From NCBI GenBank assembly GCA_039621445.1, contig CP154954.1, positions 33,705,455 to 33,760,651 of the forward strand: a stretch of 55,197 nucleotides of DNA, read 5' to 3'. The notes beneath the pieces are model-generated. The model had not been told where the DNA came from, did no database searches, and saw only the letters and a program-made list of their open reading frames with translations. This document shows, in pieces, positions 51,301-55,197 of the stretch. The DNA is from Euglena gracilis (Eukaryota). Numbering within the stretch: position 1 is the first letter of the stretch; every line of letters starts with the position of its first letter. The position numbers and the translations under genes are program-made.

Positions 51301-54300
51301 TTGGGTGAAAAAATTAAAATAAAATTCCTCTTCCTCTGGGCACCAGTGTGGGTGAAGTGGGGGGGGGGTTGGCGCCAACCCGTAAAACATTTCTTTTTCA
51401 TTTTTTTGGCCCGCGTACAGAATTGGTTGCCTCTGCGGATGCTCCAAGGAAACCAGCCTCCATGGAGACTCTGAGGTAACCAGCCACCGCGGAGCCTCTG
51501 AAGAGCCTCAAGGAAACCCGCCTCCGCGGAGACTCAAGGTAACCAGCCTCTGCGGAGGCTACCAGCCTCCGTGGAGGTTCTGAGGAGGCTAAGGTAACCA
51601 GCCTCCGCGGAGCCTCCGCGGAGACTAAGGTAACCAAAAGTTAGGATTCCACATTTGCTGGGACCCCAGGAGACATACACCCGACTTTGGCGGCATCCAC
51701 CTGTGCAATGAGATGCCACTGAAATCGCTGCCAAAAGGGCCAGCATGCCACAATGCTGTGCTGGCACTGGGTTCGGGTTTCCAAGCACAACTCCCCACAA
51801 CACAGGGAGTGCGCACCTGCGCACTCCCCCTGACGGAGTGCGCAGGTGCGCACTCTTGTGGATGCCTAGCGCTGCTCCCCTCCTGCTCTCCTGCAGATAG
51901 AATCACAGCCAGCCAGCGAAGGTATGGCCACAAGAGTGTGCACGTGTGCATTCTTGTGCTTCATGCAACCTCAGAGAGGAGCCGTTTTATATCGTTTGTG
52001 AGGGCTGTTCTGGAGGGTGCAATCTGTTGCAGAGAGGATTGAAGCGGGGCTCCGCTCCATAGCTTTTAAAACCAGTGACACACAGGAAAAGAGTGCAAGC
52101 CAGCCCCCCCCCTCCATACCCAGCACCCCATCCCAAACGTCAGACCTAAACACAGGTGGCCCCACATGGTGGTGTGCCGTGGTGCCTATGAGAAGGCACA
52201 TGCGGAGAGGACGGCGTACGCCACTGGAAGATGCTGTGCCTGCATGTGTCGCAGAGGGGTGCAGTGCACCGTGTGGAATGCAAACAGCAGGCAGCCGGAA
52301 GAGGGTAATGAGCCCTCCCTACAAATATCTAATGTGAATTTAAACACCACCACTCTCTGAATGCAGACTACACGCGTACACGCACACCAAACATTCACTA
52401 GCGCCCCCTCGTGCCCTGCTTCCAACACAGGGCACAGAACCTCAGAGACCACGGTGATTCCTTCCCACAACCACCGGGGGAGCCACAACAAACGTCCAAA
52501 AAGACGCCAGGAAAAGACCAGGACGGGGAGGGGGGTGAATGCGCACCTGCGCATTCACTGGGCACCACAAAACAGGGGGGACAGCAACGGGTACAACGGC
52601 TTCACCTGACCAGGGTTCGTCCCTGTGAAACAGCGTTTTGTGTCGCACCTCTTTTGGCAGAAGGGGTTTCCCCCCCGGTCGGCGTAGGTGGTAAACTGTC
52701 ATTTTCAAAACGAAAAAAGTCGGTTTACCCAGGAAAAAACCCAGGGGTCGAAGGTAATGGTATCCATTATTGTACCACGGGTTTCAGCTGACGAGTGCAC
52801 CGCCCCGTGAAGTGATGGCAACGCAGTTGGTGAAAAAAGAATGCGCAGGTGCGCAAAAAACCACCAAAAATGAAAAGTACATTCCCGGCCGTCTAAGGGG
52901 TGGCCACTTTCGGCCAATCCTGGCGACCCGCCCGGGGGGGGGGGGTGAGTCTGGAGCAGCCGTTCATTTAGTGCGCATCACAACTTCGTTGCGATACACA
53001 AATTTTCCTTGGGTGATACACAGGTGATACACAAAAATCTTCGATGTGATGCACATATTTTTGGCTCATTCTTTTCATCGGAATGCAAAAAATTTTTCAA
53101 AGGTCTGGCTCTCTTCGGGCGGCTGAAGAATAAATAAAATCCATCACTTCGACTAAGGAGACATCCTCGTTTCGCGGGAACCAAACCCATTGTATTTGAA
53201 ATATCCTTCAAACCGCGGAAGCTTTGGGCTTCGCTTCAAACAAGAATGCAAATTACTTTCCGGTTCACCTTCTTCTGACCCCAGTGGGGGTGGGTGGTCA
53301 CCGCTCTTCCAAAAAAAAAAAACCAGTCACTCACTTCTTTTCGGAAAACATGGTCGTGGAGGGATCGGCCAATCCGGAATCTAAGGGAGAAAAAAAGGCA
53401 AAAAATTTTCTGGCGCCTTTGCCGTCAGGCCGCTTTAGTGGTTTTTTTTGCCGCCCCCCCCCCCCCCCCAGCGGAGGGGCCAAAAGCCAGTCAGTCACTC
53501 TGGGAAAACTAGTCACCCATGTTTCCATCACGACAGATGCAAAACAAGGAAACATTGGATCATTCTGTTTTTGCCACATAATCACCGAAAGATGACAAAG
53601 ATAGATATTTCTGGCATTGGTGCTGAGCGAAAACAAATTAAAAGTGTATTTTCTATATTATATTTGATATTGAGCAGGGGTTTCTTTGAGGACCCCAAGC
53701 GTGCCGATCAAGACAAGAAACAGAAGAGTGCTGCATTCGCTGCAGCGGGAGAAATAAATAAATGGTAAGCATTACAACGTTAAATTTTTCTATGAGAAAA
53801 ACATATTTTCTCAATTTTTGGTGATACACAAAATGATACACAAAATTTTTTGAATGATACACAAGTGCTGCACAATTTTTTTTTTGGTGATACACAGTGT
53901 TACACAAAAATTTTTGATGTGATGCACATGATACACAAAAAATTTTGGTGAACACTAACTGAATGTGTGGTCTAGAGCCAAAGACCAGTCGGTCACCCCC
54001 CCCCCCCCCTGGGGAGTCAGATACCATAAGCAATGGTATGGTCCACACACCAGGCCCAGCTCCAGGCCACAAACCAGGCCCAGCCCACCAAACATCACAC
54101 TTCGGAGTCAATGCCGATGGCAGCCCTTCTTTAAACCCGGGCCCTCAAAATTGGAATCCTACCTTTCTGGTTTCCTGATGGAAGGAAACCAGGAACTGGG
54201 AAGACTCCAGGTGGCCAGGTGACCAGGTGACCGGGTTGTGTCCCTGAAGAAAATCCAAGTTCAACCCACACAACACTGAGGGTCGCCCAGGGTATTAAAT

Positions 54301-55142
54301 GAGCGGAGAGCGGAGGGGGCAGACTGAACCCTCTTCCCCCAGGGAAGGGGTGAGACCCCCCCTTTGCAAGAAAATTTTCGGTGCCCCAAAATGCGTTTTT
54401 TTCGCACTTTGTTTTTGAAAAATCGGTCAAAACATAAGCCATGATTTTCATCTTTTCTGGCGCAAAGCGCCGGTATTTTTTTTTTTGGTTCAGGGGGTCC
54501 CTGACCCCCCTGGTCGGAAGGGGAGGGGTATGACCCCCTCCCCCCTCTCCGCAAAACCACCATCACTTAACACCCTGGGATCGTCCTTCAGCCACAAACC
54601 TTTGCCGAGTTTCCTGTGTAGGGGCAGGGACTCCGGCAGGCAGAAGAAGGCGAGGGCAAGGCAGCCTAAACCGGCTGGGGGGCCGCCCTCCCACCTCAGA
54701 CACTCAGAAATATACGCCTTTGACATCAACAAACGGAACACCCCCAGGTGACCACTGCTTCCATCACATTTCGCCGACCATCCTGAAATTCTGTCAATCA
54801 AGTTGCTCACCATGCCCCCCCCCCCTCCCCCCCAAGCAAGCATCTATGACGGATTCCGAATTTTATCACCAAAAGTCGGCAAAAAAAAGCAGTCAAAAAA
54901 ATCCAAAAAGATCAAAAAAATGGCCGAATTATAGTCACAAAATGGGCCAAAAAGGAGCAAAAGAGACGTGAAATGGCAAAAAGTGGCAAAAAGTGACCAC
55001 ATGAGCCAGATGAGCCAGGAAATCTGGGGAAAAATGAGCCTAATTCCTCAATTTCACCGAAAAATTGGCATCAATTCGGAAAAAGTTGTGTGGTCAGCAG
55101 CGGTCGGCTGCGTTCGGCAACCACCTATTACAATCACCAAAG
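42349..55142 (-). CDS. Major facilitator superfamily transporter (ZIFL/DHA1-like), C-terminal half; 5' part beyond right edge
   Basis: Exons: 55142-55125?, 54665 (or 54674)-54600 (GCLALAFFCLPESL), central-loop exons unresolved, ~45725-45660 (SALYCMLGVCHIGYEELFPL), 45275-45201 (WVIMDHPHGGFGFS), 44522-44454, 44222-44121, 43404-43258 (INDSVPHRVRGRANG...GRTAG), 42903-42779 (WGPLFSWS), 42384-42349 (ECLPPSVGQSH*). Confidence 0.82.
42385..42778 (-). other. Nonconventional intron (MFS, last intron)
   Basis: ACC|GCC-CAGGCCAGTCCC...GGGACCAGCCTG-CTGTG|GAG; 10/12 paired ends; in frame to the stop. Confidence 0.72.
43258..43404 (-). CDS. MFS transporter exon
   Basis: tcag|AAAAFMLLSVSTEAAYTFVFILINDSVPHRVRGRANGVAAVLVAVGRTA-G|gtcccc. 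Confidence 0.88.
44559..44914. mobile_element. Degenerate hAT-like MITE (GATATAAG family)
   Basis: Internal similarity to 48895-49301; CAGG...CCTG ends. Confidence 0.7.
45276..45659 (-). other. Nonconventional intron (MFS) with residual 8-bp TSD
   Basis: T|GGG-CAGGCATTTCCTTGT...ACAAGGCGGGACCTG-GCAGT|GG; flanks of the CAG..CTG core are CCTGTGGG / GCAGTGGG (6/8). Confidence 0.72.
46080..46505. mobile_element. pogo/Tc2-like MITE (TATATTTGGGGG subfamily)
   Basis: TIR TAAACCCCCCCAAATATA; partial relative at ~32050-32270. Confidence 0.7.
48535..48796. mobile_element. hAT-like MITE
   Basis: CAGGGGTTTTTT...AAAAACCCTG; perfect TSD GTTGCCAC. Confidence 0.88.
48805..49651. mobile_element. hAT-like MITE (GCTAGC-rich family) with nested MITE
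   Basis: TIR CAGGSTTGTGCTTAAGG; perfect TSD GTTGCCAC. Confidence 0.9.
48895..49301. mobile_element. hAT-like MITE (GATATAAG family)
   Basis: TIR 15/16; TSD CCCCTCCC/GCCCTCCC; empty site visible in paralog 23612-24054. Confidence 0.9.
49715..51666. mobile_element. Mutator (MULE)-like non-autonomous element
   Basis: Perfect 9-bp TSD CAGGAGACA; imperfect TIR of 40 bp or more (GGGTC..GCAAAWGTGGAAT..TAAC..TTTTGGTTACC); GGTAACCAGCCTCCGCGGAG subterminal repeats at both ends. Confidence 0.78.
50475..50935. mobile_element. hAT-like MITE nested in the MULE-like element
   Basis: Perfect TIR CAGGGGTTTTCTTAAG; TSD ATGTGGAC/GTGTGGAC. Confidence 0.9.
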
Positions 55143-55197
55143 CTGCGGTCGGCATAGGTGCTTGCCACGAGCTATTCTCGTCCCCAATGGGAACAAC

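Larger units (their letters stand above)
47373..52897. mobile_element. 5.5-kb TIR-bounded composite element, superfamily unassigned
   Basis: CTTAGACGGATGGGAATGCACTTTTC vs GAAAAGTACATTCCCGGCCGTCTAAG (23/26); flanked by GGGTG/GGGTG; internal GCGCAGGTGCGCA motifs. Confidence 0.6.

Noticed and set aside
47580-52337. Candidate MFS loop exons (around 47700, 48200-48250, 51700 and 52100)
   Set aside because: Frames are ambiguous, there is no conserved motif, and they fall inside the TIR-bounded composite element.

Overview
Eukaryotic nuclear DNA, most likely from a euglenid (inferred from intron style, not from a search). It holds three intron-rich genes, all on the minus strand, head to tail. (1) A Mediator subunit 12 (MED12/Srb8)-like gene with about 32 small exons, running from ATG 25370 off the left edge. 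(2) An apparently complete PLOD-type (lysyl-hydroxylase GT domain-like) glycosyltransferase gene, 38542-28772. (3) The 3' half of a ZIFL-like MFS transporter, from beyond 55142 to 42349. None appears as a single ORF; all were assembled by hand from phase-consistent exons. Introns and spacers are packed with nested non-autonomous DNA transposons and microsatellites. Main result: seven introns fit best as euglenid nonconventional introns, reading N3-CAG...CTG-N5/6|purine with paired ends. The same window has about a dozen young CAGG...CCTG MITEs with 8-bp target-site duplications. Because 3+5=8, splicing such an insertion removes the element plus exactly one TSD copy, and one intron still keeps a 6/8 TSD. 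This suggests a hAT-MITE 'introner' continuum. All models are hand-derived with no RNA or database evidence.
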